Virus record (IMG/VR): IMGVR_UViG_3300021185_002469
Span: 1 to 44,777 of that record
DNA: 44,777 bases
Direction: 5' to 3' (one strand)
From: a virus
Lineage: Duplodnaviria > Caudoviricetes
The position numbers were made by a program, and so were the translations under genes. The notes under the pieces were generated by a model. That model had not been told where the DNA came from, ran no database searches, and saw only the letters and a program-made list of their open reading frames with translations. The stretch's first letter is position 1, and each line of letters opens with the position of its first letter. This document shows positions 1 to 9,821 of the stretch, in pieces.

Positions 1-894
1 AATCTAGAAGGAGCTTCGACTGGTAGTCAAATGAACAATCAATTAACTGACCCTACACTTAACCGTATTATTCAGATATCTAAACATTATGGAACAGAAG
101 CAGGTGTTGGAGGTAACGTAACTAAGTATAGCGGCTCTATAGCAGTTAATAAGAATCAACAAACATACGATTTAAATGAATGGGCTACCGATAACGGTAT
201 ATCCGGAGGTATAGAAGTAAGAAGAGTATTCTATCAAGCACCTCCTGCAATAATGAGATACTTTGACCCTTATGCTGGTACTGGTACAGGAGTACAGTCT
301 TTAATGACTGCTTTCGATTTTGGAAGCTTTAGTCCCGGTGTTAACTTTTTATTAATGCCAACTTCTTATGATATATTAAAGACTCAAGCAATTGAATTTA
401 ATGATCAGATTAGAAAATCTACTTATACTTTTGAATTAGTAAATAATCAATTAAAATTATTTCCTATTCCAGCAGCAACCGGTAGTATGTGGTTTGAATA
501 TTATAAAGTAGCAGATAAAGGTAAAATAAATTATAACAATGATGCTTCTTTAATAACAAGTATATCAGAAGTACCCTACAGCAATCCTGAATATAGTCAA
601 ATCAATAGTGTAGGACGTCAATGGATCTTTAATTATAGTTTAGCTCTGGCTAAAGAGGTTTTAGGGTATGTGAGAGGTAAGTACCAAACAGTACCTGTTC
701 CTGGATCCGAAGCTACTTTAAATCAAGCAGATTTATTAACCGATGCAAGAGCAGAAAAAACAGCTCTACTAACACAGCTTAGAGAGACTTTAACATCAAC
801 TGGTAGAACTGCTCAATTAGAAGCACAAGCTAAAGAGGCAGAAGACGTTCAAAATACTTTGAAATCAATACCAATGACTATATACGTAGGATAA
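1..894 (+). CDS. Neck/head-tail adaptor protein (T4 gp13-like), 5'-truncated by the window edge
   Basis: The frame is open from base 1 (NLEGASTGSQM...), so the real start is upstream of 31. The C-terminal WIFNYSLALAKEVLGYVRGKY...VPGSEATLNQADLL...IPMTIYVG resembles myovirus neck proteins, and the gene lies before gp14/gp15-like genes. Confidence 0.7.
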   Translation, partial: NLEGASTGSQMNNQLTDPTLNRIIQISKHYGTEAGVGGNVTKYSGSIAVNKNQQTYDLNEWATDNGISGGIEVRRVFYQAPPAIMRYFDPYAGTGTGVQSLMTAFDFGSFSPGVNFLLMPTSYDILKTQAIEFNDQIRKSTYTFELVNNQLKLFPIPAATGSMWFEYYKVADKGKINYNNDASLITSISEVPYSNPEYSQINSVGRQWIFNYSLALAKEVLGYVRGKYQTVPVPGSEATLNQADLLTDARAEKTALLTQLRETLTSTGRTAQLEAQAKEAEDVQNTLKSIPMTIYVG

Positions 895-1194
895 ATGAAG
901 CTTACAGACATCATATTAGAAATAGAATACAGAACTTACGAAGCTATGGTTCAAGTAACCTTTGGCCAAGAAGGTCCTAGTGGATATGATGATGCTATAA
1001 GAGCTTTACCTGGAGTAACAACTTGTACTATTGCATCAGAGAATTCAGATGCTAATAAAGCAACATATAAAATAAAAATAATCAGCCAGAAAGAACCTGC
1101 AGAGGCTTTCGAAGCTTTAAAAGCTAATGCTAAATCAAAATATACAGATATAGTAGCTATTGAAGTAGGGCAAGAAACTATAGAAGAGAAGTAA
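895..1194 (+). CDS. Hypothetical 99-aa protein, probably virion-associated
   Basis: Abuts the upstream stop and overlaps the downstream ATG. N-terminus is MKLTDIILE; the beta-alpha-beta pattern suggests a ferredoxin/ACT-like fold. Confidence 0.6.
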   Translation: MKLTDIILEIEYRTYEAMVQVTFGQEGPSGYDDAIRALPGVTTCTIASENSDANKATYKIKIISQKEPAEAFEALKANAKSKYTDIVAIEVGQETIEEK

Positions 1195-1679
1195 TGCTAT
1201 TTGGATCTAACAGAGACTTTGACTTATTAGTCAATATTAATCGTGAGCTACTAAAAGATATAGTAGAACAAGAGATCCTATACCATAAACTCAGCTTAGA
1301 AGATACAGATGTTAACCTTTATGGAGAAGCATTACAGAAGTCTTATTGGAATGCTCTTAAACTTAATTGTTTAATAACTAGAGGTGATCAAGTTGTAGAT
1401 ATACAAGAATTTGGTCCTGATTTAGGAAGAGAAGCTTCATTTGCTTTCATAAGACAAGATTTAGTCGATGCTAGTATGGTTCCTGAAGTGGGAGATATAG
1501 TAGAATGGCATAACGACTATTATGAAGTAGATACAGTTAGAGAGAATACCTTATTCTTAGGTAGAGATAAGAGTTATAACCTAGCTTCTTATGGAGGCGG
1601 GTTTGGATCATCCCTTTCTATTATCGTAGACTGTCATTTGACAAGAGCAGATAAAGTTGGGCTAAAAGAAGTAAGATAA
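1194..1679 (+). CDS. Head completion/neck protein (T4 gp14-like)
   Basis: Motifs NLYGEA and PEVGDIVEWHNDYYEV; positioned between the neck and tail-terminator genes. Confidence 0.65.
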   Translation: MLFGSNRDFDLLVNINRELLKDIVEQEILYHKLSLEDTDVNLYGEALQKSYWNALKLNCLITRGDQVVDIQEFGPDLGREASFAFIRQDLVDASMVPEVGDIVEWHNDYYEVDTVRENTLFLGRDKSYNLASYGGGFGSSLSIIVDCHLTRADKVGLKEVR

Positions 1680-1680
1680 T

Positions 1681-2538
1681 ATGGCAGATAAGAAACCCAT
1701 ACCGAAGTCTCAAGAAGAGCTTAGAAGAGAACAGATAAAGACTTATAAGAATCCAGACTCTGGAGCAGAAATAAGCCCTAAAGCTGGTCCTACTGATCTA
1801 CAAAATAGAGCTAAACAAGTTAGTCGAAAGGACGATGAAGTAAAGAACCTAGTAATAGGTATTAAAGATATCGACGAAGCTATATACTACTACTTCAACG
1901 AAGTACTTCAACCAACCGTAATACAGAACGCCAAAGCAGTAAAGGTACCACTTGTATATGGATCTCCTGAACGTTGGGCATCCATGCAGAAAGACGGGTA
2001 TTACCGCGATAAGAATGGTAAGATGCAAGCACCTTTAATTGTATTTAGGAGAGATACTTTAGAAAAGAATAGACAACTTGGAAATAAATTAGACGGTAAC
2101 AATCCTATTAACTATGGGATATACCAAAAGAAGTTTTCAAAGGGAAATATATACGATAGATTTGGAATATTAAACAATAGAGAGCCAGTTAAAGAGTATT
2201 ATGCAGTAGCTATACCAGATTACGTTAATATAACTTACTCATGTATCATATTTACTGATTATGTAGAGCAAAACAATAAAATTATCGAAGGTATTAACTT
2301 TGCTTCAGACTCATATTGGGGAGACCCAGAAAAGTTTAAGTTTAGAGCACAGATAGACAACTATACTACCTCAGCAGAGATAGTTCAAGGTAATGATAGG
2401 ATAATTAAAACAGAATTCAGTATCAAACTACTAGGTCATATTATAACTGACGCCATTAATGCATACGCACACAATACTAAGAAGTTCTATTCCAAAGGAG
2501 AGTTAAAATTCGGTGCTGAAACAGAGAGTAATCTTTAA
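1681..2538 (+). CDS. Tail terminator/sheath stabiliser (T4 gp15-like)
   Basis: Motifs KVPLVYGSPERW, PDYVNITYSCIIFT and IIKTEFSIKLLG; the synteny fits. Confidence 0.65.
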   Translation: MADKKPIPKSQEELRREQIKTYKNPDSGAEISPKAGPTDLQNRAKQVSRKDDEVKNLVIGIKDIDEAIYYYFNEVLQPTVIQNAKAVKVPLVYGSPERWASMQKDGYYRDKNGKMQAPLIVFRRDTLEKNRQLGNKLDGNNPINYGIYQKKFSKGNIYDRFGILNNREPVKEYYAVAIPDYVNITYSCIIFTDYVEQNNKIIEGINFASDSYWGDPEKFKFRAQIDNYTTSAEIVQGNDRIIKTEFSIKLLGHIITDAINAYAHNTKKFYSKGELKFGAETESNL

Positions 2539-2548
2539 CAACAGTACC

Positions 2549-2556
2549 TATTTATA
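2549..2556 (+). promoter_or_regulatory. Putative late promoter TATTTATA
   Basis: The motif recurs in intergenic gaps before structural genes; this copy is 62 nt before ATG 2611. Confidence 0.55.
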
Positions 2557-2610
2557 TAAAATGGCGCCGAAACGCCGGGTTTCATAAGATTTAATAAATT
2601 AATTTAACAG

Positions 2611-5600
2611 ATGGCGAAGTTTACCGGCGCACTTTCAGGATCATTAGCATTCACTAAGGGAGGAGTTACTCAAACTCAATTAATTCCTGGTGCTAATAGT
2701 TTGAACCTTACAGGTTCATTCAATATCACCGGTTCTCAACTTACTTTTAACGGTAGAGATGTAATGGCTACCATAGACTCGCTTCAAGCGGGTGCTAATC
2801 CTAATATTGGATCATTAAGATTACATTCAGCATCAATCAACCTATATACTCAGTCAAATGATGCAAGAGTAGAAAGAATAGAAGCACTTACAGGTAGTAT
2901 TTCTAATCTAAACGCTGCTACTTCATCATATTTTCTGAAAGAAGCTAGTGCTAACATCATATCATCGTCTATTCAAATAGATGCACTAGGGTATAACAAA
3001 GATGTTATCTCATCTTCAGCACAAATATATAATCTAGGGTATAGAAAAGATGTATTAAGCGGATCTAAGCAAATACTTGACTTAGGATTCGTTACTTCTT
3101 CAGATATCGCTAGATATTCAGATTTAACTAACGTACCAGGAGGAATAATTAGTTCTTCTGTACAGATAGGTACATTAGGATACATAACCGGTTCAACTTA
3201 TGCAGCTTTAGCTAATATACCAAGCGATATAGTATCTGGTTCAACTCAAATATCAAATAATCTATTAAATACTACAGTAGACTTTGGTACAGGACTAGTT
3301 ACAGCATCAGCTTTTAAAGGAGACGGTTCAGGTTTAACTGGTATTGCAGTAGATACTATAAGTTCTATAAGATCTGACTTTGATAGTACAGGTTCTATTA
3401 CTATAGCACATAGTTTTAATACTCAAAATGTAAATGTAACAGTTTACGATGAAAATGGATACCAATTTATACCTTCTGCTACGCAATTATTAGATAATAA
3501 TAACGTAAAGATAGAGTTTGGTCATTTAACAACAGGACATGCAGTGGTAGCTGTAGGAGGACACATATTCTCTGGTTCTGTAGAGTATAGCTCTGTATTA
3601 AACACACCAACTAACCTTATATCATCATCGCAACAGATATCTGACTTAGGATTCGGAGGAGCTTCTGTAGTAAGTGCTGGAACAGTATCATCTTCTGCAC
3701 AGATAATAGACTTAGGGTTCATAACCGGTAGTGTATATTCAGATATTATCAATACCCCTAATGGAATCATTAGTAGTTCCCAACAAATCACTGATTTATC
3801 ATTCTTAACATCAGCATCAGCTGCAGAAGCAGGGTTTGGTGAAGGAGGAGCAAGTATTTCACCGGGTACTATCTCATCATCATTACAAATAGCTGGATTA
3901 GGCTTCATAACCGGTTCAGTACAAGCAGATGTAGTAGGATTAAACGTCTTTTCTGGCTCTATACAGAGTCAAGTAGATGGTTTATTAGCAGCTACATCAT
4001 CATACGCTGTAGGATCACATTCAGATATAACTTCACTTAATACTTTTACAGGATCTATACAATCTCAAGTAAATCATATTAATAGTGTTACTGGATCATT
4101 CTTAACATCAGCAGTAGACGGTACTATATCAGGATCTACACAGATATCTGACTTAGGATATATAACTTCTGCATCAGCAGCATCATTAGGCTTTGGTTCT
4201 GGTGGTTCTGTCACTTCTGCAGGTACTATTTCATCGTCTTTACAAATAATTAACTTAGGATTTATAACTGGATCAGAACAATCAGATGTATCTGGTTTAA
4301 ATACCTTTACTAGTTCAATACAAAACACAGTAGACGGCTTATTAGCTGCTACTTCTTCATATGCAGTAGGATCTCACTCAGATATCAGTGGGTTAAATTC
4401 AAAAACAGGTTCTTACGCTACTTCTGGTTCAAATACCTTTATAGGGAACCAGGTAGTTAGCGGAAGTATAATTCCTGAGTCGAGTATTAATGATTTAGGT
4501 AGCTCAAACGCACCTTTTAGACATTTATATGTTACTTCCGGTTCTATTAAGTTTATGAACCCAGATGGTACTGAACAATCAGCATTTAACAATCAATTTG
4601 ACGGTAATAGAGTAGTATCTAACACAGATCACCCTCTATTTAACTCTTTTAATCCAGGTAGCTCAGGAACAATAGAAGATTTCTTAACAGCAGTCTTTTA
4701 TCCTAATACAGCACCGTCTATTACTACAGGAAATCAAGTAATAGAAGAATATACTGCGAATGCTTCATCAATAGTTACTTTAGCTGGTACAGATGCTGAA
4801 TCTCAGAGTATTACCTTTAGTATTGATGATTCTTATACAGATGGATTCGTAATAGTTGAAAATGGAGTATTAAAATTAAATACTGTACCAACAGCAACTG
4901 CATTTAATACGGATAATAGAGGTGATGGAACCTTAGCTCATCCAGTAATAGTAAAAGCAACAGATACAGTAGGAGCTTCTTCTACTAAAACAATATATAT
5001 TAGAGTTACACCAAATGCTGCTCCTATATTTAGAGAAAGTAGCGTTTCTGGTAACCAAATAACATCATTCAGTACTTCAAGAAACGAAAATGCAAGCTCA
5101 GGAGAAGTTACAAAGATATACTTTACAGATACAGAGAGTGATGGTATTACTATCAATTCAGGTTCAGATATTAACGGACATTTTAGTATTATTAAATATT
5201 CTACTTACGTAGCTATTAATCAAGTCACTGCTTCTCTAGATTATGAAAGCATTACTTCTTATAATATGTCTATTACTGCATCAGATGCTCATTATGAAGC
5301 AGGTCAAGATGCAGATTCGTTTAATTCTTTACCTATTACTATTAGTGTAACAGATAATACTCAACCAACAGTTAATAATCAGACTTTAAGTGGAGTAAAT
5401 GAAAATAGCTCAGCAGGAACTTCAGCAGGAACTATAACAGCTTCAGATCCAGAAGGAGATACTATTACTTTTAAGAACGCTACATTACATAGTTTAGAAG
5501 TTGGCGGTGGAGAAGTAAGCACAGGTTCTTATTCTGGTACTGCACAATTAACAGACCCAACAGAAGATGCTTTTAGTATATCTTCAGCAGGAGTAGTAAC

Positions 5601-7533
5601 TAGAAAGAACGGAGTACACCTTAATTCTGATTTAATTGATGAATATAAGTACCAAGTTGTTGTTACTGATGCGTATAATAACGGTTCTGATACAGGAATT
5701 ATTACTATACCTATAAGTGATGATACAGCTCCTTCAATAAGTGGAGATACTACCTTATATGTAATTGAATCAGCAGTTAATGGTAATAATATATACGATA
5801 ACTCAAATGGATATTCAGGAACTACATCAAGATTTACTTCTAATCAAACAGTAACTTGGGCAGTTAGTTCTTCAAACGACTTTAATATAAACTCAAATGG
5901 ATATTTAACTCTGGCAAGAGATATATCTGGTTCAGCTGATGTTGGAGGTGATCAATTAAGCGGAATAGTAACAGCAACCAATACTTTTGGTACTCAAGCT
6001 ACTCAAGCATTCACAGTTAACATAACAGATAATACAGCACCAACAATTACATTCAGTAATGTAAGTGCAAATCAGAATACTAATAAAGCTATACCGGGTA
6101 ATAACCTAGTATCAGTTTCATTTAGTGATGCAGAGGGCAATGGAATAGATCATAATTCATTTGTCTTCGATGATCAAGGAAATAACGTATCAGCAACTAA
6201 ATCTGGTGATACTTATTTAATAAGGGCAACCTCAGCATTAGCAGCAGGCAACTACACCGTAGGAATTACTATAGCTGATGCAGAAGGATTTGCTTCTCGC
6301 ACATCTACTCATACATTTACTATTTCTCAAGCAGTAGTTGGTACTTTAACTACCAATGGAACGTTTAGAATTATTGAATCAGCTCTAGATGGTGACGAGA
6401 TTAAAATAACATCAAATGGTAGAACGGGAACTCAAGCAGATTTAGGAGTTACGTACTCACCTTCCTACGGTAGCCAAGCTGTTTCGTCATTTACTTCGAG
6501 TAATGCAAGCATAGCGGTCAATTCATCTGGTAACCTTACCGTAGGTACAAACCTAAGCGGTTCATCTACAACAGCAGGCGATACTATAACATCTAATATT
6601 ACCTTCCAAGATCAATATAACAATATTGGTTCAGGTAGTATCTCAGTATCAGTAGTAGCAAATAGCAGTCCTTCTGTAACAGTAAGTGAACAAGGGAGTT
6701 TAGAATCAGATAATATGGCAAATGGAGTATTATGTGCTACAGTATCAGTTTCAGATACTGAATCAGATTATCCAATAACATTAGCTTTATCAGGTACTAA
6801 TGCTTCCGATTTTACAGCAACATCTAACAATTCTAATGGAACTTCATGGGATATAGATGCAAATAGTGCCTTAGCAGCTGGTACGTATACATTTACAGTA
6901 ACAGCAACCGATGCTTTCGGCAAAACAGGAACAGATACAGCTTCAGTAGTAATTGCACAATCAGCAGATTATGGATTAGTATACGTTTATACTTCTACAT
7001 ACGGCTCAGATGCCGGCTTTGGAGCTAATTATTTAGGAGTAATGGGTGGTAGTACAGTCAATAGTGATGTACCGCCAGAAGTTACAGCCTATACAGCAAA
7101 CACATCATCACCATTTTATAAATTTAAGAGTGGAGATGTAGGAAGTACTTCTATTAGTTTAGCAGGTGGTGCAACAGCCACTTTACAGACTAGTGGATCA
7201 GGTTCAGACTTAGATAGTGTATTATCAGCATTAGGAACGATAAGCGCTAACACTACTGGACAAGTAATTATAGTTTACCCTTCTGGTTCCGATATGACAG
7301 TACCAACAACGATTCAAGAATCGTTTAATAGTACAGCAGGAGGAGCAGTACCATGTATGGATGTAGATGGTAATGGATTCGGAATAGAATCAGGAGTATT
7401 ACATTCTGTTACTTTAGACTCAGCACATCTGGGGTATAGTGAATGGTTTGTATTTGGAAGAAAATCACAGAACGCAATAGCTTCTGGCTTTAAAATGAGG
7501 CTAGTAGCAGCAAACGGTAGTTTACCGACATAA
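2611..7533 (+). CDS. Large Ser/Thr/Gly-rich tail fibre/appendage protein with tandem cadherin-like (Ig-like) domains
   Basis: 1640 aa. The N-terminal third has 11 [IVL]S[SG]SxQI motifs. The C-terminal part has cadherin-like signatures (NTAPSI, NENASSG, SLDYESITSYNMSITASD, DNTQPTV, VNENSSAGT...ASDPEGD, DDTAPSI, DNTAPTI). Confidence 0.7.
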   Translation: MAKFTGALSGSLAFTKGGVTQTQLIPGANSLNLTGSFNITGSQLTFNGRDVMATIDSLQAGANPNIGSLRLHSASINLYTQSNDARVERIEALTGSISNLNAATSSYFLKEASANIISSSIQIDALGYNKDVISSSAQIYNLGYRKDVLSGSKQILDLGFVTSSDIARYSDLTNVPGGIISSSVQIGTLGYITGSTYAALANIPSDIVSGSTQISNNLLNTTVDFGTGLVTASAFKGDGSGLTGIAVDTISSIRSDFDSTGSITIAHSFNTQNVNVTVYDENGYQFIPSATQLLDNNNVKIEFGHLTTGHAVVAVGGHIFSGSVEYSSVLNTPTNLISSSQQISDLGFGGASVVSAGTVSSSAQIIDLGFITGSVYSDIINTPNGIISSSQQITDLSFLTSASAAEAGFGEGGASISPGTISSSLQIAGLGFITGSVQADVVGLNVFSGSIQSQVDGLLAATSSYAVGSHSDITSLNTFTGSIQSQVNHINSVTGSFLTSAVDGTISGSTQISDLGYITSASAASLGFGSGGSVTSAGTISSSLQIINLGFITGSEQSDVSGLNTFTSSIQNTVDGLLAATSSYAVGSHSDISGLNSKTGSYATSGSNTFIGNQVVSGSIIPESSINDLGSSNAPFRHLYVTSGSIKFMNPDGTEQSAFNNQFDGNRVVSNTDHPLFNSFNPGSSGTIEDFLTAVFYPNTAPSITTGNQVIEEYTANASSIVTLAGTDAESQSITFSIDDSYTDGFVIVENGVLKLNTVPTATAFNTDNRGDGTLAHPVIVKATDTVGASSTKTIYIRVTPNAAPIFRESSVSGNQITSFSTSRNENASSGEVTKIYFTDTESDGITINSGSDINGHFSIIKYSTYVAINQVTASLDYESITSYNMSITASDAHYEAGQDADSFNSLPITISVTDNTQPTVNNQTLSGVNENSSAGTSAGTITASDPEGDTITFKNATLHSLEVGGGEVSTGSYSGTAQLTDPTEDAFSISSAGVVTRKNGVHLNSDLIDEYKYQVVVTDAYNNGSDTGIITIPISDDTAPSISGDTTLYVIESAVNGNNIYDNSNGYSGTTSRFTSNQTVTWAVSSSNDFNINSNGYLTLARDISGSADVGGDQLSGIVTATNTFGTQATQAFTVNITDNTAPTITFSNVSANQNTNKAIPGNNLVSVSFSDAEGNGIDHNSFVFDDQGNNVSATKSGDTYLIRATSALAAGNYTVGITIADAEGFASRTSTHTFTISQAVVGTLTTNGTFRIIESALDGDEIKITSNGRTGTQADLGVTYSPSYGSQAVSSFTSSNASIAVNSSGNLTVGTNLSGSSTTAGDTITSNITFQDQYNNIGSGSISVSVVANSSPSVTVSEQGSLESDNMANGVLCATVSVSDTESDYPITLALSGTNASDFTATSNNSNGTSWDIDANSALAAGTYTFTVTATDAFGKTGTDTASVVIAQSADYGLVYVYTSTYGSDAGFGANYLGVMGGSTVNSDVPPEVTAYTANTSSPFYKFKSGDVGSTSISLAGGATATLQTSGSGSDLDSVLSALGTISANTTGQVIIVYPSGSDMTVPTTIQESFNSTAGGAVPCMDVDGNGFGIESGVLHSVTLDSAHLGYSEWFVFGRKSQNAIASGFKMRLVAANGSLPT
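3769..4420 (+). repeat. Internal ~357-nt (119-aa) tandem duplication in the 1640-aa fibre gene; boundaries approximate
   Basis: GFITGS...VDGLLAATSSYAVGSHSDI occurs twice, with GFITGS codons at 3901 and 4258 (offset 357 nt). Confidence 0.75.
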
Positions 7534-7547
7534 AAGAAGATAGATAG

Positions 7548-8354
7548 ATGCCATTATTTAGTTCGAAATTAGAGTTAACATCAGCAGCCTCGGGATCAGG
7601 GGTAGCCTTAGCAGACGTACAGTTTATTCGTGGTGCTTTTAGGACTGTTGCTGATACTGGCGAACTAAACAATATACCTGTATCACAAATTTCAGATAAA
7701 CAAATAGTTTGGGTTGAAGCTGAATCATCAACTTATCAAGCAACTGTTACTTTAGCAGATTATGTTAATACATTTACTGATTCTGTAGCATGGAGTTCTT
7801 TTACTGGATTTGGATCTGGTGGAGGCGGAGCATCTAACATAGGAGAGTTAACAGACGTAACAACCGGTTCATTAAGTAATGGACAAATATTACAGTATAA
7901 CTCATCAACAGGAAAATGGGAAGCAAGTAGTGTTTCCGGAACAGGAGACATCTCTGCAGTATTTGCAGGAGATGGATTGACAGGTGGAGGTTCTGCCGGT
8001 TCGGTATCTTTAGATGTAGATCCTGGATTAGGTATGCAGCTTACAACTGACGGTATTTCTTTAGATACAGGATCAGGTCATTTCATTAATGCAATAAATG
8101 CATTAGCAGATACAGGAATTTTTCAACAAACAGGATCTGTATTCTCAGCTAATGAAGATTTTGAAATAACAGGGTCTTTAACTATTGATTGGAGCTCAAC
8201 TGGAAAACCTTTGAGTATAACATCAGCTTCACTTGAAGTATTCTCAGTTAGTAATAACGGAGTATTAAATTTAATTTCTCAATCAAGTACACCATCAGCT
8301 ACTGAAGGTTCACTTTATTTTGGGAATGATAAAAACTTATACCTTGGAGTATAA
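7548..8354 (+). CDS. Tail fibre-associated structural protein
   Basis: Motifs ELTDVTTGSLSNGQILQYNSSTGKWE and GDISAVFAGDGLTGGG are typical phage fibre repeats. Confidence 0.6.
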   Translation: MPLFSSKLELTSAASGSGVALADVQFIRGAFRTVADTGELNNIPVSQISDKQIVWVEAESSTYQATVTLADYVNTFTDSVAWSSFTGFGSGGGGASNIGELTDVTTGSLSNGQILQYNSSTGKWEASSVSGTGDISAVFAGDGLTGGGSAGSVSLDVDPGLGMQLTTDGISLDTGSGHFINAINALADTGIFQQTGSVFSANEDFEITGSLTIDWSSTGKPLSITSASLEVFSVSNNGVLNLISQSSTPSATEGSLYFGNDKNLYLGV

Positions 8355-8362
8355 AAAGTAGA

Positions 8363-8370
8363 TATTTATT
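8363..8370 (+). promoter_or_regulatory. Putative late promoter TATTTATT
   Basis: Intergenic variant of the recurring motif, 48 nt before ATG 8411. Confidence 0.45.
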
Positions 8371-8410
8371 AATAACAAACATTTAAACTAAAACAATTTA
8401 ATTTATTATT

Positions 8411-9724
8411 ATGGCAACATGGAAAAAGGTCATCGTCTCGGGAAGTGGTGTTTCCCAATTATCAAATGACGCTAATTTTTTAGCATCAAACGGAGACGGC
8501 TCAAGTTTGACCAACTTAACATTCGCAAACATTACAGGTAGAGCCGAAGGTATCGAAGATATCGTTGGGGCTATGGTAGATGGCGGAACAGAAACAAACA
8601 TCACAGTCACCTATGATGATGCAACAGGAAAATTAAACTTCGTAGCTAACGCTGGGGACGTAACTGGCGTAACAGCTGGAGCAGGTCTTACAGGAGGTGG
8701 TTCATCAGGAGACTTAACAGTAAATGTAGTCGGTGGAGATGGTATTACAGCCAACGCTGACGAGGTAGAAGTTACAGTTGATGGTTCAACTATCGAATTA
8801 TCTGCAACAGACGGTTCTGGAGCAGTTAGAGTTAAAGCAGGAGGTATTGGTACTTCACATTTAGCAGCTGATGCTGTTGATGGTACTAAAATCGCTGATG
8901 ATTCTATTAATAGTGAGCATTTCGTAGACGGAGGTATCGATACAGCACACATTGCTGACGATGCAGTAACAGCTGACAAATTAAATAACACAGGAGTAAC
9001 AGCAGCATCTTACGGTAGTACTACTGCAGTACCAGTTCTTACAGTTGATGCACAAGGACGTATTACAGCAGCTTCTACATCAGCAATTGCAACTTCATTT
9101 ACAGTTGGAGCAGATGCAGGTTCTGACGATGTTGTAGCAGGTGGTGAGAAATTAACTTTCGAAGGAGGATTAGGTGTTACTACTACAGTATCTGCTAATA
9201 AAGTAGCAATTGACATCGCAAACGGAATCGTTTCAGCTTCAGCATTTACTTCACCTTCTCAAGGTACAGTAAGAGCTACTATAAATGGAGTTAATGGTGG
9301 TGATATCGATACAGGATTACAAGCAGCAGATAGTCCAACATTTGCCGGTTTAACTATTAACGGTAATTCAATCGTAACAGGAGATTTAACAGTACAAGGT
9401 ACTACAACAACTTTAAGTACGACTAACACAGCAATCAAAGATAAATTCATCTTATTGAACTCAGGATCAGCTAATCCAGATCAAGGTGGTATTATCATTG
9501 ATGAAGGATCAGGTACAGGTCACGGACTTATCTATGATGAAGGTGATGGAAGATTTGGTATTAACCAAAGTATTTCTTCTACAGCAACTTCAGCTAACTC
9601 AGAAGCTTATGTAGCTTTAGTAGTTGATCAAGATAACGTAGCACACGACATAACTGATACTGAATATCACAAGAGAGGTAACATGAAAGTTGACTCTTCA
9701 GATGATATATTCATATACGTGTAA
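8411..9724 (+). CDS. Tail fibre-like structural protein (MATWKKVIVSGS family)
   Basis: Fibre repeats (GDVTGVTAGAGLTGGG, HIADDAVTADKL, LTVDAQGRITAAS, GDLTVQGTTTT); C-terminus paralogous to 9822..10955. Confidence 0.65.
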   Translation: MATWKKVIVSGSGVSQLSNDANFLASNGDGSSLTNLTFANITGRAEGIEDIVGAMVDGGTETNITVTYDDATGKLNFVANAGDVTGVTAGAGLTGGGSSGDLTVNVVGGDGITANADEVEVTVDGSTIELSATDGSGAVRVKAGGIGTSHLAADAVDGTKIADDSINSEHFVDGGIDTAHIADDAVTADKLNNTGVTAASYGSTTAVPVLTVDAQGRITAASTSAIATSFTVGADAGSDDVVAGGEKLTFEGGLGVTTTVSANKVAIDIANGIVSASAFTSPSQGTVRATINGVNGGDIDTGLQAADSPTFAGLTINGNSIVTGDLTVQGTTTTLSTTNTAIKDKFILLNSGSANPDQGGIIIDEGSGTGHGLIYDEGDGRFGINQSISSTATSANSEAYVALVVDQDNVAHDITDTEYHKRGNMKVDSSDDIFIYV

Positions 9725-9746
9725 AAATAATAATAAATGAGCTAAT

Positions 9747-9782
9747 AGGGAGGGTTCACCTCCTCCCTTATATGCTTTTTTA
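9747..9782 (+). terminator. Putative intrinsic terminator/hairpin
   Basis: AGGGAGG-(GTTCACCT)-CCTCCCT stem after the stop at 9724; the T-run is separated from the stem by several nt. Confidence 0.45.
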
Positions 9783-9821
9783 ATTAAAGTTATGAACATA
9801 AAAAAATAAACAATCGTACAA

